Part shown: positions 1-9,395 of the stretch, in pieces | Layout: every line of letters begins with the position of its first letter | How positions within the stretch are numbered: the first letter of the stretch is position 1 | IMG/VR virus record: IMGVR_UViG_3300020419_000859 | DNA: 64,000 nt | Direction: 5' to 3' (one strand) | Origin: a virus | Position numbers and translations under genes: made by a program | Notes under the pieces: generated by a model | Told to the model about the DNA's origin: nothing | The model's database searches: none | Seen by the model: the letters and a program-made list of their open reading frames with translations, nothing else

Positions 1-1
1 T

Positions 2-328
2 GAATTAGATCCTTTATGTTTTAAAGACGCCATTGCTTTAGCAGTGACAAACAAAGGTGTATTAATACCTTGTTGTAGAATGGACGACCCACACACCATG
101 AATGATCCTAGAATGCAACAATTTTTAAAAGTATCTGTTATAAATGATAACAATAGTATTGAAGATATATTAAAATCAAAAGAGTGGAAAGAATTTGCAG
201 ATAATCTATCCAAGAATATAGGACCTAATGCATGTAGGACTACTTGTGCAAAACAAAAAAAATATACACAAGTTGTAGAATGGGTAGATACTGAAAAGGG
301 AGAAACCAAACACGTTGAAAAGAAATAA
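2..328 (+). CDS. Stand-alone SPASM/twitch-like Fe-S-binding protein, 5'-truncated by the window edge
   Basis: Frame is open from nt 2. LAVTNKGVLIPCC...SIEDIL..KEWKEF...CRTTC parallels ORF 31326-31706 (LAIDNRGHLLPCC...SIDDIL..KEWKKF...CLHHC). Confidence 0.6.
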   Translation, partial: ELDPLCFKDAIALAVTNKGVLIPCCRMDDPHTMNDPRMQQFLKVSVINDNNSIEDILKSKEWKEFADNLSKNIGPNACRTTCAKQKKYTQVVEWVDTEKGETKHVEKK

Positions 329-1182
329 TGAGAAAAAAACTTGTAGTATCCGGTTGTAGTTTTACAGATAAAAATTATTATATTGTCACTGATAACGAAG
401 AACACCATTGTTTAACATGGGGAGAAATATTAGCAAAAGAATTAGATATGGACTTTGTATGTTTAGCAAAGAACGGTGCAGGTAACGAATATATTTTTTC
501 ATCTATACAAGATTATATTTTATCACACGATCCAAAAGAAATAGGTTTATGTATTGTAGGTTGGTCAAAATGTCAAAGAGTAGATTGGCAAAAGAAAAGA
601 TTAGATTGGGCTGATACAAAACCTAATATGTATGGAGATGTAAGAGGTTGGATATTAAAAACTTTAAGGTATCAATATTCGTTTCAAACTTTAATGGAAC
701 AAAATAGAATACCATACAGACATTTTCAAATGATTTCATTATTTGTAGATCATATCTATGAATATGAATTTAAAGATCAAGGTGGTAATTATGAAAAGAT
801 AAGAGACGAATGTATAGAAGTAATTAAAAACTCACCACAATATAATAACATGAAAAACTTTATTGGTTGGCCTATATTCAATGAAGAAAATGGTTTTGTT
901 GTAGGAGATTTACAATTACACAAAGATTGGGGAGTAGAAGATAGATTAGCAAACAAATTACCAAAATCCACTTTTAATCCTGATAATAGAGAGTATGATC
1001 AAAAGATATACTTTCACGATAAATATGGCAAACCTGTTGGTCTAGCACCAAAAGGAACAATTAATTATGATTATGTTGTGAGTAAACATAATCCACACCC
1101 AAATAAAAAAGGACATGAATGGCTTGCAAACTATATTAAGTTGCATGGATTTAATAGTCAAAGAGTAGAGGAGAAAAAATGA
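328..1182 (+). CDS. SGNH/GDSL-hydrolase-like protein
   Basis: N-terminal KKLVVSGCSFT, G-x-GN block and C-terminal HPNKKGH. Paralogue of 29188-29970. Confidence 0.55.
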   Translation: MRKKLVVSGCSFTDKNYYIVTDNEEHHCLTWGEILAKELDMDFVCLAKNGAGNEYIFSSIQDYILSHDPKEIGLCIVGWSKCQRVDWQKKRLDWADTKPNMYGDVRGWILKTLRYQYSFQTLMEQNRIPYRHFQMISLFVDHIYEYEFKDQGGNYEKIRDECIEVIKNSPQYNNMKNFIGWPIFNEENGFVVGDLQLHKDWGVEDRLANKLPKSTFNPDNREYDQKIYFHDKYGKPVGLAPKGTINYDYVVSKHNPHPNKKGHEWLANYIKLHGFNSQRVEEKK

Positions 1183-1589
1183 AAGTAGGTTTTACTTGTA
1201 GCACGTTTGATTTACTACATGCTGGCCATGTACAAATGTTAAAAGACGCAAAAGAAGAATGCGATTACTTAATTGTTGGATTACAAACCGATCCTACACT
1301 TGATAGACCAGATACAAAGAAACGACCAATACAAACATTGGTTGAACGTAGTATACAATTAAAAGCTGTAAGATATGTTGATGATGTTATACCATATGAA
1401 ACTGAAAAAGATTTAGAGGATATATTACAAATGTATAATATTTCAGTTAGAATAATTGGCGAAGAATATCAAGGTAAGAGTTTTACTGGTAAAGATATAT
1501 GCGTTAAGAAACATATAAAGATAGTTTATAATAAACGTGAACATAGATTTAGTTCAACGGATTTAAGAGAACGTATTAAGAATAGTTAA
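1179..1589 (+). CDS. tagD: Glycerol-3-phosphate cytidylyltransferase-like (TagD family)
   Basis: HxGH motif in FDLLHAGH, LIVGLQTD, and C-terminal RxHxFSST. Confidence 0.85.
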   Translation: MKVGFTCSTFDLLHAGHVQMLKDAKEECDYLIVGLQTDPTLDRPDTKKRPIQTLVERSIQLKAVRYVDDVIPYETEKDLEDILQMYNISVRIIGEEYQGKSFTGKDICVKKHIKIVYNKREHRFSSTDLRERIKNS

Positions 1590-1668
1590 TATTAAACTTT
1601 TATTACAATATAATTTCCTGTGATATATATTATTGTATAAACTCTAAAGTAAAACATAGGAAACCTAA

Positions 1669-2610
1669 ATGAGAATATTAAGTATTATATTAATGTGTTT
1701 GATGACAACTATATCATATGCAAGAGATCAAATTAACATAGTCGGTAGTTCTACCGTTTATCCTTTTTCAACAGTAGTAGCAGAAAGATTTGGTAAGTCA
1801 GGTAAGTTTAAAACACCTGTAATTGAATCAACTGGTACTGGTGGTGGAATGAAACTATTTTGTAAAGGCATTGGTGTAAATACACCTGATATGTCAAATG
1901 CAAGTAGAAAAATAAAAGCAAAAGAAATCAAACTTTGTAAAGACAATGGTGTCACTGAAATTACCGAAGTAATGGTAGGTTTAGATGGTATTGCTTTTAC
2001 AAGTTCAGTAAAAGGCAAATTATATAACTTTACAAAAGAACATCTTTGGAAAGCAATGGCTGATTTAGGTCCAAAACCTGAAAAATGGTCAGACATTGAT
2101 CCTTCTTTACCAGATTTTAAAATAGCAATTTTAACACCACCAGCAACAAGTGGTACAAGAGACGCTTGGAATAGTTTAGTAATGAAAAAAGGATGTCCAG
2201 AAAGTATCTTAAAAGAACAAGGTAAAAAAGCTTGTTATATGTTAAGAGAAGACGGACCTGTAATTGAAGTTGGCGAAAACGATACTTTGATTATCAATAA
2301 GTTAGTAGGTGAACCACAATACTTTGGTATTTTTGGTTTTAGTTATTATGATAATTCAAAAGACAAAGTTCAAGCACATACAATTGAGGGTGTTAAAATA
2401 AGTTTAAAAGCAATACAAGATGGTTCTTATCCAATAAGTAGACCATTATACTTTTATGTAAAAGATCAACACATTGGTGTTATACCAGGAGTTGAGGAAT
2501 ATGTAAAAGAGTTTACTTCTAAAAGAGCTGCAGGTAAGAGAGGTTACCTTTTAGATTTAGGACTAGTGCCTTTAGAAAACTTAAAAGAAGCTATTTCTAA
2601 AATAGATTAA
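1669..2610 (+). CDS. pstS: Phosphate ABC transporter periplasmic binding protein PstS (auxiliary metabolic gene)
   Basis: Signal peptide followed by IVGSSTVYPF, ESTGTGGG, NASR, SGTRD and YPISRPLYFY motifs. Confidence 0.93.
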   Translation: MRILSIILMCLMTTISYARDQINIVGSSTVYPFSTVVAERFGKSGKFKTPVIESTGTGGGMKLFCKGIGVNTPDMSNASRKIKAKEIKLCKDNGVTEITEVMVGLDGIAFTSSVKGKLYNFTKEHLWKAMADLGPKPEKWSDIDPSLPDFKIAILTPPATSGTRDAWNSLVMKKGCPESILKEQGKKACYMLREDGPVIEVGENDTLIINKLVGEPQYFGIFGFSYYDNSKDKVQAHTIEGVKISLKAIQDGSYPISRPLYFYVKDQHIGVIPGVEEYVKEFTSKRAAGKRGYLLDLGLVPLENLKEAISKID

Positions 2611-2948
2611 CTATATCTGAAATAGTTGTTATTAGTATTTCTGTAATAGATAGCAAAAGTATCAGCGCCGTCCATATGACAGAAAGATTGAGGTCTTTGA
2701 TAATAATTTGTTTTACCAGTTGTCATGTTCTTTTTCATACCTGACTTACCTCTGTATCTGTATCTAATCTTCTTTGCATTTTTACTAGCAGATACTTCTT
2801 TAAAATATTTTAAATATTTAATAGGTATATCATATGCTATACAAGAGCCTTGATGTTTGAAAGGATCCACCATATATTTTAATATTACTTTATTGACAAT
2901 CCTTTCAAAAACTTTTCTTCGTCTGTCTTTTTTTAAACTCATATTCAT
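2607..2948 (-). CDS. Hypothetical basic protein
   Basis: ORF track; start moved to ATG 2948, which follows an AGGAG RBS. Confidence 0.6.
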   Translation of the reverse strand: MNMSLKKDRRRKVFERIVNKVILKYMVDPFKHQGSCIAYDIPIKYLKYFKEVSASKNAKKIRYRYRGKSGMKKNMTTGKTNYYQRPQSFCHMDGADTFAIYYRNTNNNYFRYS

Positions 2949-2956
2949 ATTTTCTC

Positions 2957-3313
2957 CTATTTTAAGTATAATGGACCAGTCCAATTAATTGCATAATTAC
3001 CAGATAATACATTACCTCTTGCTTGATTAAGAGCAGGAGCTTGCCAACCAGCAGGTTTTAATATATCACCCATTTTAAATCTACCGAAGTCAATCATAGA
3101 AATAAAAGCTTTTACACCACCGTTGTTTACAACTTTAATAAACTTTTTACCAGTTTTGATAGAAAAACCAGTGGCATATTCTTTACACATTTTTTCTCTA
3201 ACTTCGTTATTATCACTAGCGCCAAAGTTCTTTGTATAGTCTTCAACCATAGCGTTAGTCATATTCATTATTCCTTCTTTTAAAGTTTCTGCTTTAACGT
3301 TTACTGTAATCAT
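2957..3313 (-). CDS. Conserved phage hypothetical protein
   Basis: GDILKPAGWxAPAxxxARGN motif recognised from small phage proteins; GGAGG RBS. Confidence 0.7.
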   Translation of the reverse strand: MITVNVKAETLKEGIMNMTNAMVEDYTKNFGASDNNEVREKMCKEYATGFSIKTGKKFIKVVNNGGVKAFISMIDFGRFKMGDILKPAGWQAPALNQARGNVLSGNYAINWTGPLYLK

Positions 3314-3495
3314 TATTTGTCCTCCTTGTATAATTCTTGAGCATATAAAGCTAAAATGTATGACGCAATACCTATCAAGGCCATTGAAGCACCTTGTAAA
3401 TATTTGTCTATTTCAATTGATCCTACGGCACCAACCATTGCTAAAGTACCGACTGTTGCCATTATTACTGACATGTATTCTATTATTTTTTTCAT
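3313..3495 (-). CDS. Small membrane protein with two hydrophobic segments
   Basis: Two hydrophobic stretches; AAGGA RBS before ATG 3495 (alternative start 3519). Confidence 0.6.
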   Translation of the reverse strand: MKKIIEYMSVIMATVGTLAMVGAVGSIEIDKYLQGASMALIGIASYILALYAQELYKEDK

Positions 3496-3530
3496 AGTGT
3501 ATCCTTTGTTGTTTTTCATATTACTCGTCC

Positions 3531-3559
3531 ATCCTATAACATAAATACACTAAAAGCAA
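3531..3559 (-). promoter_or_regulatory. Sigma70-type (early) promoter for the three minus-strand genes
   Basis: TTGCTT-N17-TAGGAT on the minus strand. Confidence 0.55.
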
Positions 3560-3566
3560 GCAAAAA

Positions 3567-3758
3567 ATGAAAAAAAATACAAAAAAATTTGCATTTTTTC
3601 TTGTCTGTTCTCTTTTTGTTCTCGTTTCCTGCTCAAAAACTGTTAAGGATTGCAAAATTGAGCCGGATTATGAAAAAATTGGCGAATCAGCGTTAGAAAA
3701 TAAAGAAAATTTAAGTGAAACTGAGCTAAAATCTGCTCAAATGTCATGTAAATTTTAA
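3567..3758 (+). CDS. Small putative lipoprotein
   Basis: Basic N-terminus, hydrophobic core and lipobox-like LVSC. Confidence 0.55.
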   Translation: MKKNTKKFAFFLVCSLFVLVSCSKTVKDCKIEPDYEKIGESALENKENLSETELKSAQMSCKF

Positions 3759-3772
3759 GGATAAATATTTTT

Positions 3773-3934
3773 ATGACGTATTGTATGAATTGTGGACATT
3801 CCTGTCATTGTGACAAGGTTTGCTGGCAAAAATATGATGAAGGAGGCGATACTTTGTGTTGTAAACACTGTCGGCACGAAGAAAAAGAAGAAAAATCAGT
3901 AAATTTTAACGAAGATTTATTTAATGGAGCATAA
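3773..3934 (+). CDS. 53-aa Cys/His-rich putative metal-binding protein (not in ORF track)
   Basis: Hand translation: MTYCMNCGHSCHCDKVCWQKYDEGGDTLCCKHCRHEEKEEKSVNFNEDLFNGA. Preceded by GATAAATA and fills the gap between neighbours. Confidence 0.7.
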   Translation: MTYCMNCGHSCHCDKVCWQKYDEGGDTLCCKHCRHEEKEEKSVNFNEDLFNGA

Positions 3935-3935
3935 A

Positions 3936-4193
3936 ATGAGTAAAATGAGAATATTTAAGTTTTGGAATGAAGCAGGAGAAGAAAAAGAGAAAGAAGCGAT
4001 GAGTTTAAAAAAGGCAGTCATGTCTGTTCAAGGGGATTATAAGGATAATTTCATAAGTGTTGAGTATATGACTAAAAAAGGCAAAAATATTAGTCAATCT
4101 ATAAAAATACCTATGGGTAGAAAAATAAGACAATCAATATTAGTTGAAAAACGAAGAGCTGAAGCAAAAGCGGCTAGAGAAGCGAGAAGATAA
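3936..4193 (+). CDS. Hypothetical basic protein
   Basis: ORF track; probable start at ATG 3936 after GGAG. Confidence 0.6.
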   Translation: MSKMRIFKFWNEAGEEKEKEAMSLKKAVMSVQGDYKDNFISVEYMTKKGKNISQSIKIPMGRKIRQSILVEKRRAEAKAAREARR

Positions 4194-4492
4194 TGCCGGC
4201 AATCTGTAGAAAAGGCGATAGTTTGAGTACCGGTCATATATGTACAGGTACAACAACGTTAAATACGCCTGGTCAATCTACAGTTAGAGCAAATAGTATA
4301 TTAATTGCAAGAGTAGGTGATCCTACAGTAAGTCACCCTTTTCCACCGGCACCACCTTGTGCGCCACATGTTGCAAACGTTAATGTTGGTAGTTCAACAG
4401 TTAGTGTTTGTGGTAGTCCAATTGCAAGAATAGGAGATAGTGCAGACGCTGGAGCAATGACTTCAGGTTCTTCTAATGTTTTCTCGGGATAA
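4193..4492 (+). CDS. PAAR-repeat spike tip protein (T4 gp5.4-like)
   Basis: MPAICRKGD...IARVGD...PIARIGD repeats with His/Cys metal ligands. Confidence 0.9.
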   Translation: MPAICRKGDSLSTGHICTGTTTLNTPGQSTVRANSILIARVGDPTVSHPFPPAPPCAPHVANVNVGSSTVSVCGSPIARIGDSADAGAMTSGSSNVFSG

Positions 4493-4494
4493 CG

Positions 4495-4502
4495 TATAAA
4501 TA
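4495..4502 (+). promoter_or_regulatory. T4-type late promoter
   Basis: Exact TATAAATA, 7 nt before the gp25 ATG. Confidence 0.8.
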
Positions 4503-4509
4503 TATACGT

Positions 4510-4935
4510 ATGCCAAATTACGATTCAAGTTCTACGAACAACAGTAAAAGATCAAATAGAATCTATAGTGATCTAGATTTAAATTTTGGTCGTAATACTG
4601 TGACGAATGATGTAAATAAACTGACGGATGTAGAGGCCGTAAAGAGAAGTGTTAGAAACTTAATTAATACTTCACACTTTGAGAGACCTTTTCATCCTGA
4701 AATTGGTAGTGATGTAAGAAGAATGTTGTTTGAACCAATGACACCACTTACAGCACTTAATTTACAAAGAAAAGTTAACGAAGTTCTAGCTAATTTTGAA
4801 CCAAGAATAAAATTAGTTCAAGTTTTGGCAAGGCCAGACATAGATAGAAATAGTTATCATTTAACAATTATGTTTTACGTTATAGGAACATCGGAACCGG
4901 TAACAGTAGAAGCATTTTTAGAAAGATTAAGATAA
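4510..4935 (+). CDS. g25: Baseplate wedge subunit gp25
   Basis: YSDLDL, AVKRSVRNLI, ERPFHPEIGS and FEPRI motifs. Confidence 0.92.
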   Translation: MPNYDSSSTNNSKRSNRIYSDLDLNFGRNTVTNDVNKLTDVEAVKRSVRNLINTSHFERPFHPEIGSDVRRMLFEPMTPLTALNLQRKVNEVLANFEPRIKLVQVLARPDIDRNSYHLTIMFYVIGTSEPVTVEAFLERLR

Positions 4936-4936
4936 A

Positions 4937-6778
4937 ATGGCAAGTAATAAACTCATAGTATCAGATTTTGACTTTGATAACGTCAAAGCAAACTTAAAAA
5001 CATTTTTACAAAATCAACCAGAATTTTCAGACTATAATTTTGAAGGATCAGGCTTCGCCGTTCTTTTAGATACGTTAGCATACAATACACACTATCTTGG
5101 TTTCAATGCCAACATGTTTGTAAATGAATCTTATTTAGATTCTGCTGACATAAGAAAAAATGTAGTCGCATTAGCAAAAGCAATTGGTTATACACCATCA
5201 AGTGTAAGAGCACCAATGGCCGAAGTAGATATTACAATTAACAACGCAAGTGGTTCAAGTGTGTTAATGAATAAAGGTACAACATTTACAAGTTCAGTAG
5301 AAGGAACAGGTTATAACTTTTTAACTAACGAAGATATTACAATTACACCATCTGCTGGCGTTTATAAGTTTTCAGGAGTTAATTTATACGAAGGTACTTT
5401 AGTCACTTTTAAATATACAGTAGATAGTTCAGACGCAGATCAAAAGTTTTTGATACAAAACGTAAATGCTGATACATCTACTTTAAAAGTCACTGTACAA
5501 AACTCAATTTCAGATTCTACATTAACAACTTACTCTTTAGCAACAGGTTTAAGAGGTATCAATGATGAATCAAAAATATATTTCTTACAAGAAACAGATA
5601 ACGGTAAATTTGAAGTATATTTTGGTGATGGTGTTATCGGTAGAAAATTAGAAGATGGTAATATAGTTATTTTAGAATATATTGTCACAAATAAAACAGA
5701 AGCTAACGGTGCAAGTACTTTTGAATTAGGTTCAAACATTGGTGGTTTTACTAATGTCACTATAACAACAAAATCAAGTGCTCAAGGTGGTTCAGAACCA
5801 GAATCAAAAGAATCAATTAGATACAATGCGCCTTTACAATATACATCACAAGATAGAGCAGTCACAGCAACAGATTATGAATCAATTGTTAAGACTTTAT
5901 ATCCTAATGCATTATCAGTTAGTGCTTGGGGTGGGGAAGATGATGAAACGCCAGTTTACGGTGTTGTAAAAATTTCTATTAAGGCTGCTTCAGGTTCAAC
6001 TCTAACAGAGGCAACTAAAGCGTCTATCGTTAAAGGTTTAATACCTTACAATGTAGCTTCAGTAAGACCACAAATAATTGATCCAGAAACAACAAGTATT
6101 TTAATAACATCAAACGCTAAATTTGATAAAAAAGGAACAAGTAAAACAGCAGACACTTTAAAATCAGAAATAATATCTGCTATAACAAATTACAATACAA
6201 CTACTTTACAAAAGTTTGATGGTGTATTCAGATTTTCTAAATTAACAGGTTTAATTGATGATGTTGATACAAGTATTTTATCTAATATCACAACTATTAA
6301 TATGAGAAAGAATTTTACACCTACTATAGGTTCATCTACAAAATATGATATGTATTTTAGAAATTCTGTTTACAATCCACATTCAGGACACTTATCAATT
6401 TTATCATCAACAGGTTTCAAAGTTTCAGGAAGTGATTTTGAAATGTTTTTAGATGATGACAGTAATGGTAATATTAGAAGATATTATCTAGTAAGTGGTG
6501 TTAAGACTTATGCTAACAATACACAAGGTACTATTAATTACGAAACAGGTCAAGTCACATTAAATTCTTTAAACGTTGCTTCTATTTCTAATATAAGAGG
6601 TAGTACTTCAAACGTTATAGAAATTACTGTACAACCTAATTCAAACGATATTGTGCCAGTTAGAAATCAAGTAGTAGAAATAGATGTAGCAAATTCAAAT
6701 ATAACTGTAGAGGAAGATACATTTGTTGGTGGTTCATCTGAAGCCGGTGTAGGTTACAGTACAACAACAAGTTATTAA
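4937..6778 (+). CDS. g6: Baseplate wedge subunit gp6
   Basis: DFDNVKANL, DYNFEGS, LAYNTHY, FGDGVIG and QDRAVTATDY motifs. Confidence 0.95.
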   Translation: MASNKLIVSDFDFDNVKANLKTFLQNQPEFSDYNFEGSGFAVLLDTLAYNTHYLGFNANMFVNESYLDSADIRKNVVALAKAIGYTPSSVRAPMAEVDITINNASGSSVLMNKGTTFTSSVEGTGYNFLTNEDITITPSAGVYKFSGVNLYEGTLVTFKYTVDSSDADQKFLIQNVNADTSTLKVTVQNSISDSTLTTYSLATGLRGINDESKIYFLQETDNGKFEVYFGDGVIGRKLEDGNIVILEYIVTNKTEANGASTFELGSNIGGFTNVTITTKSSAQGGSEPESKESIRYNAPLQYTSQDRAVTATDYESIVKTLYPNALSVSAWGGEDDETPVYGVVKISIKAASGSTLTEATKASIVKGLIPYNVASVRPQIIDPETTSILITSNAKFDKKGTSKTADTLKSEIISAITNYNTTTLQKFDGVFRFSKLTGLIDDVDTSILSNITTINMRKNFTPTIGSSTKYDMYFRNSVYNPHSGHLSILSSTGFKVSGSDFEMFLDDDSNGNIRRYYLVSGVKTYANNTQGTINYETGQVTLNSLNVASISNIRGSTSNVIEITVQPNSNDIVPVRNQVVEIDVANSNITVEEDTFVGGSSEAGVGYSTTTSY

Positions 6779-6786
6779 TTTAGCCA

Positions 6787-9369
6787 ATGGCAAAATTTGA
6801 TAATAAAATATCCAATTTAATAAACACTCAATTACCAGATTTTGTTGTTGATGATCACCCAAAATTTGTAGAGTTTTTAAAAACATACTTTCAATTCATG
6901 GAAGCTGCCGAGTTATCGGTAACTTCTATTGAATCTACAGACGGTATAACTTTAGAAAATCAAACAGGTGTTGCAAACAATCTAGTATTAGATGGTGGTT
7001 CACTTGGTGCAGAAAAAACACAACTAGATTTAGGCGATAAAATAATTTTAGAAGATAGTTCTTTTGGTAAATTTACTTTTAAAGAAACTGTCACAGGTGC
7101 AACTTCAAAAGCAACTGCTACTGTATTAGCTGAAGATTTAAATAACAATAGATTATTCATATCATCACAAGATAAATTTATAGTAGGAGAAACAATTACT
7201 GGTGGCAGTTCAGGTGCTCAAGCCGTAGTTAATAAGTACAGACCTAATCCAGTTCAAACTATTCAACAGTTAACAAACTTTAGAGATCCAGATAAAGTTA
7301 TTAATGACTTTTTAAATAACTTTAGAGACGAGTTTTTTAAAACTATACCAGAAAATTTAACTTCAGGTGTAAACAAAAGAAATTTAATTAAAAATATTAA
7401 ATCACTATACAAATTAAAAGGCACACAAAAAGGCCACGAATTATTTTTTAGAATACTTTTTAACGATCAATCAGAAACATTTTATCCTAGAGAACAAATG
7501 TTAAAAGTATCTGATGGTAAATGGTCTTCTACAAAAATTTTAAGAGTATTAAGTTCACAAGGAGAAACTTTAAGTTTAGTTGGTAGATCAATTAAAGGTA
7601 GAACATCTAACGCAACAGCTATAGTAGAAAACGTATCTAAATTTTATATAGGTGCAAGTGAAGTTTCTGAAATAACATTAAACGATGATACTATAGTCGG
7701 TACTTTTCAAGTAGATGAAATTATTGAAGGAACAGAAAATGATCAATCAGATTATTATATTTTAGCAACTGTCACAGGTGTACCAGGAGAAAAAACAATT
7801 ACTAACGGTGGTGCTCTTTATAGTACAGACGATATTGTAAAAGTTACCGGTGGTGGTGAGCAGGCTGCATTTAATATTAATGATGTTAGTTCAGGTAAAA
7901 TAACAGACATTGTTGTAGATGGTGGCGGATCAGGTTATGAAATAGGTGATACTTTATCTTTTACAAATACAGGAACATTTGGTGGTAATGCTTCAGGTGT
8001 TGTCACTGTAGTTAATGGTGCTATTGCTAACGAAGATACAGATCATATAGTATTAGAAGATGAAACATCAGCAGGCGATCACTTAACAGGAAATAAAATT
8101 GTACAAGAAACTGGTTCAGGCACAGGAGATATTACAGACATTTATTTAATAAGTGGTGGTGACGGATATAAATCTTTACCTACAGTTTCGGTAACATCTA
8201 CATTAGGTTCAGGTGCAAACGTATTATCACATGGTACAGGAATAGGAAAAGTTTTAGGAATAGAAACATCTAATTTAGGTATTAAATATCAAAATTCTCC
8301 AGCACCTACATTATCATTTGTTAATTGTTTATTCATAACTGGTATTACAGGATCGTTTACAGCAGGAGAAACAGTAAACGGTGGTACTTCAAGTGCTTCA
8401 GGTTTAGTTTCAAGTTATAATTCATCAACACAAGTTTTAAAATTAAAAGAAGTTTCAGGTACTTTTCAATTAAATGAAATTGTATCTTCAAGTGGTGGTA
8501 GTGCTACTGTTAATAAATTAGATGTCACTGTTGCAACTGTAGATGTAAGAGCAGTTGTAGATACAAAAGGCGTATTCTTAAATGAAAAAGGACATATTTC
8601 AGAAAGTACAATGAAAGTACAAGATAGTTTATACTATCAAGATTTTTCATATGTACTAAAAGTAGGTAACTCAATTAATTTATGGAGAGACGCATTTAAA
8701 AAAACAATGCATACTTCAGGTTTTTATTTTACAGGTCAAGTTGATTTAGAAAGTAGATTAAATGCAAAAGTTCAAGTAGCAACAGGTTTCAATACTGGTA
8801 CAGTTGGCGAACCATTACTTGCAATGATGAAATTAATATTTGAAACTGTATTTGGTAGAAGAACAGGAACAGTAGATGATGGTACATCAAAATCTATTCA
8901 ACCAAATCAACCAAATCCAAATAACAATAGAGACGTGACTTTAACAAGAGCACCTATTGGTATTAGATTAAATTTAAGATTAAGAAGAACGTTTTTAGGG
9001 GCTACTGTTGCAGGTAACGTAAATGTTGCTCAAGGTTTTGCATATTGTGGTCCTAGATTTAACTCAATAAATAAATGGGCTGGTACAGCATATGGTATTA
9101 CGGCTAACAGATCAAGTGGTATTAATGGTACAAGTGGTGTCACTTTTCAAAGATTGAGTGAATTAAAGGTAACAGGTACTAGAACAAGTTTAGATGGTAA
9201 ATCAGCGTTGTTAGAAATGATAGCTGGTGACGATCTTAATGCCGGTAGACAATTTAAGACCAACTTTACTTTTCCAGCGGATATTACATTCCCAGGAGAA
9301 GAATCGTTTAGTGGTTCAAGTATAACTTTTGATAGCGGTGTTAAGAAATTTGACCAAACAAACGTATAA
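6787..9369 (+). CDS. Baseplate wedge protein (gp7-like)
   Basis: Follows gp6. QLPDFV..DHPKFVEFLKTYFQF, LIKNIKSLYKLKGT and QDSLYYQDFSYV motifs. Confidence 0.75.
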   Translation: MAKFDNKISNLINTQLPDFVVDDHPKFVEFLKTYFQFMEAAELSVTSIESTDGITLENQTGVANNLVLDGGSLGAEKTQLDLGDKIILEDSSFGKFTFKETVTGATSKATATVLAEDLNNNRLFISSQDKFIVGETITGGSSGAQAVVNKYRPNPVQTIQQLTNFRDPDKVINDFLNNFRDEFFKTIPENLTSGVNKRNLIKNIKSLYKLKGTQKGHELFFRILFNDQSETFYPREQMLKVSDGKWSSTKILRVLSSQGETLSLVGRSIKGRTSNATAIVENVSKFYIGASEVSEITLNDDTIVGTFQVDEIIEGTENDQSDYYILATVTGVPGEKTITNGGALYSTDDIVKVTGGGEQAAFNINDVSSGKITDIVVDGGGSGYEIGDTLSFTNTGTFGGNASGVVTVVNGAIANEDTDHIVLEDETSAGDHLTGNKIVQETGSGTGDITDIYLISGGDGYKSLPTVSVTSTLGSGANVLSHGTGIGKVLGIETSNLGIKYQNSPAPTLSFVNCLFITGITGSFTAGETVNGGTSSASGLVSSYNSSTQVLKLKEVSGTFQLNEIVSSSGGSATVNKLDVTVATVDVRAVVDTKGVFLNEKGHISESTMKVQDSLYYQDFSYVLKVGNSINLWRDAFKKTMHTSGFYFTGQVDLESRLNAKVQVATGFNTGTVGEPLLAMMKLIFETVFGRRTGTVDDGTSKSIQPNQPNPNNNRDVTLTRAPIGIRLNLRLRRTFLGATVAGNVNVAQGFAYCGPRFNSINKWAGTAYGITANRSSGINGTSGVTFQRLSELKVTGTRTSLDGKSALLEMIAGDDLNAGRQFKTNFTFPADITFPGEESFSGSSITFDSGVKKFDQTNV

Positions 9370-9385
9370 ATATAATATATAAATA
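9365..9385 (+). promoter_or_regulatory. Tandem T4-type late promoters
   Basis: TATAAATA at 9365-9372 and 9378-9385. Confidence 0.75.
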
Positions 9386-9395
9386 AAGAGAGATC

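Noticed and set aside
1591-1608. Possible Pho box upstream of pstS (ATTAAAC-N4-ATTACAA, 11-bp period)
   Set aside because: It resembles the consensus only weakly and in reverse orientation, in very AT-rich DNA; it cannot be distinguished from chance without a host-specific matrix.
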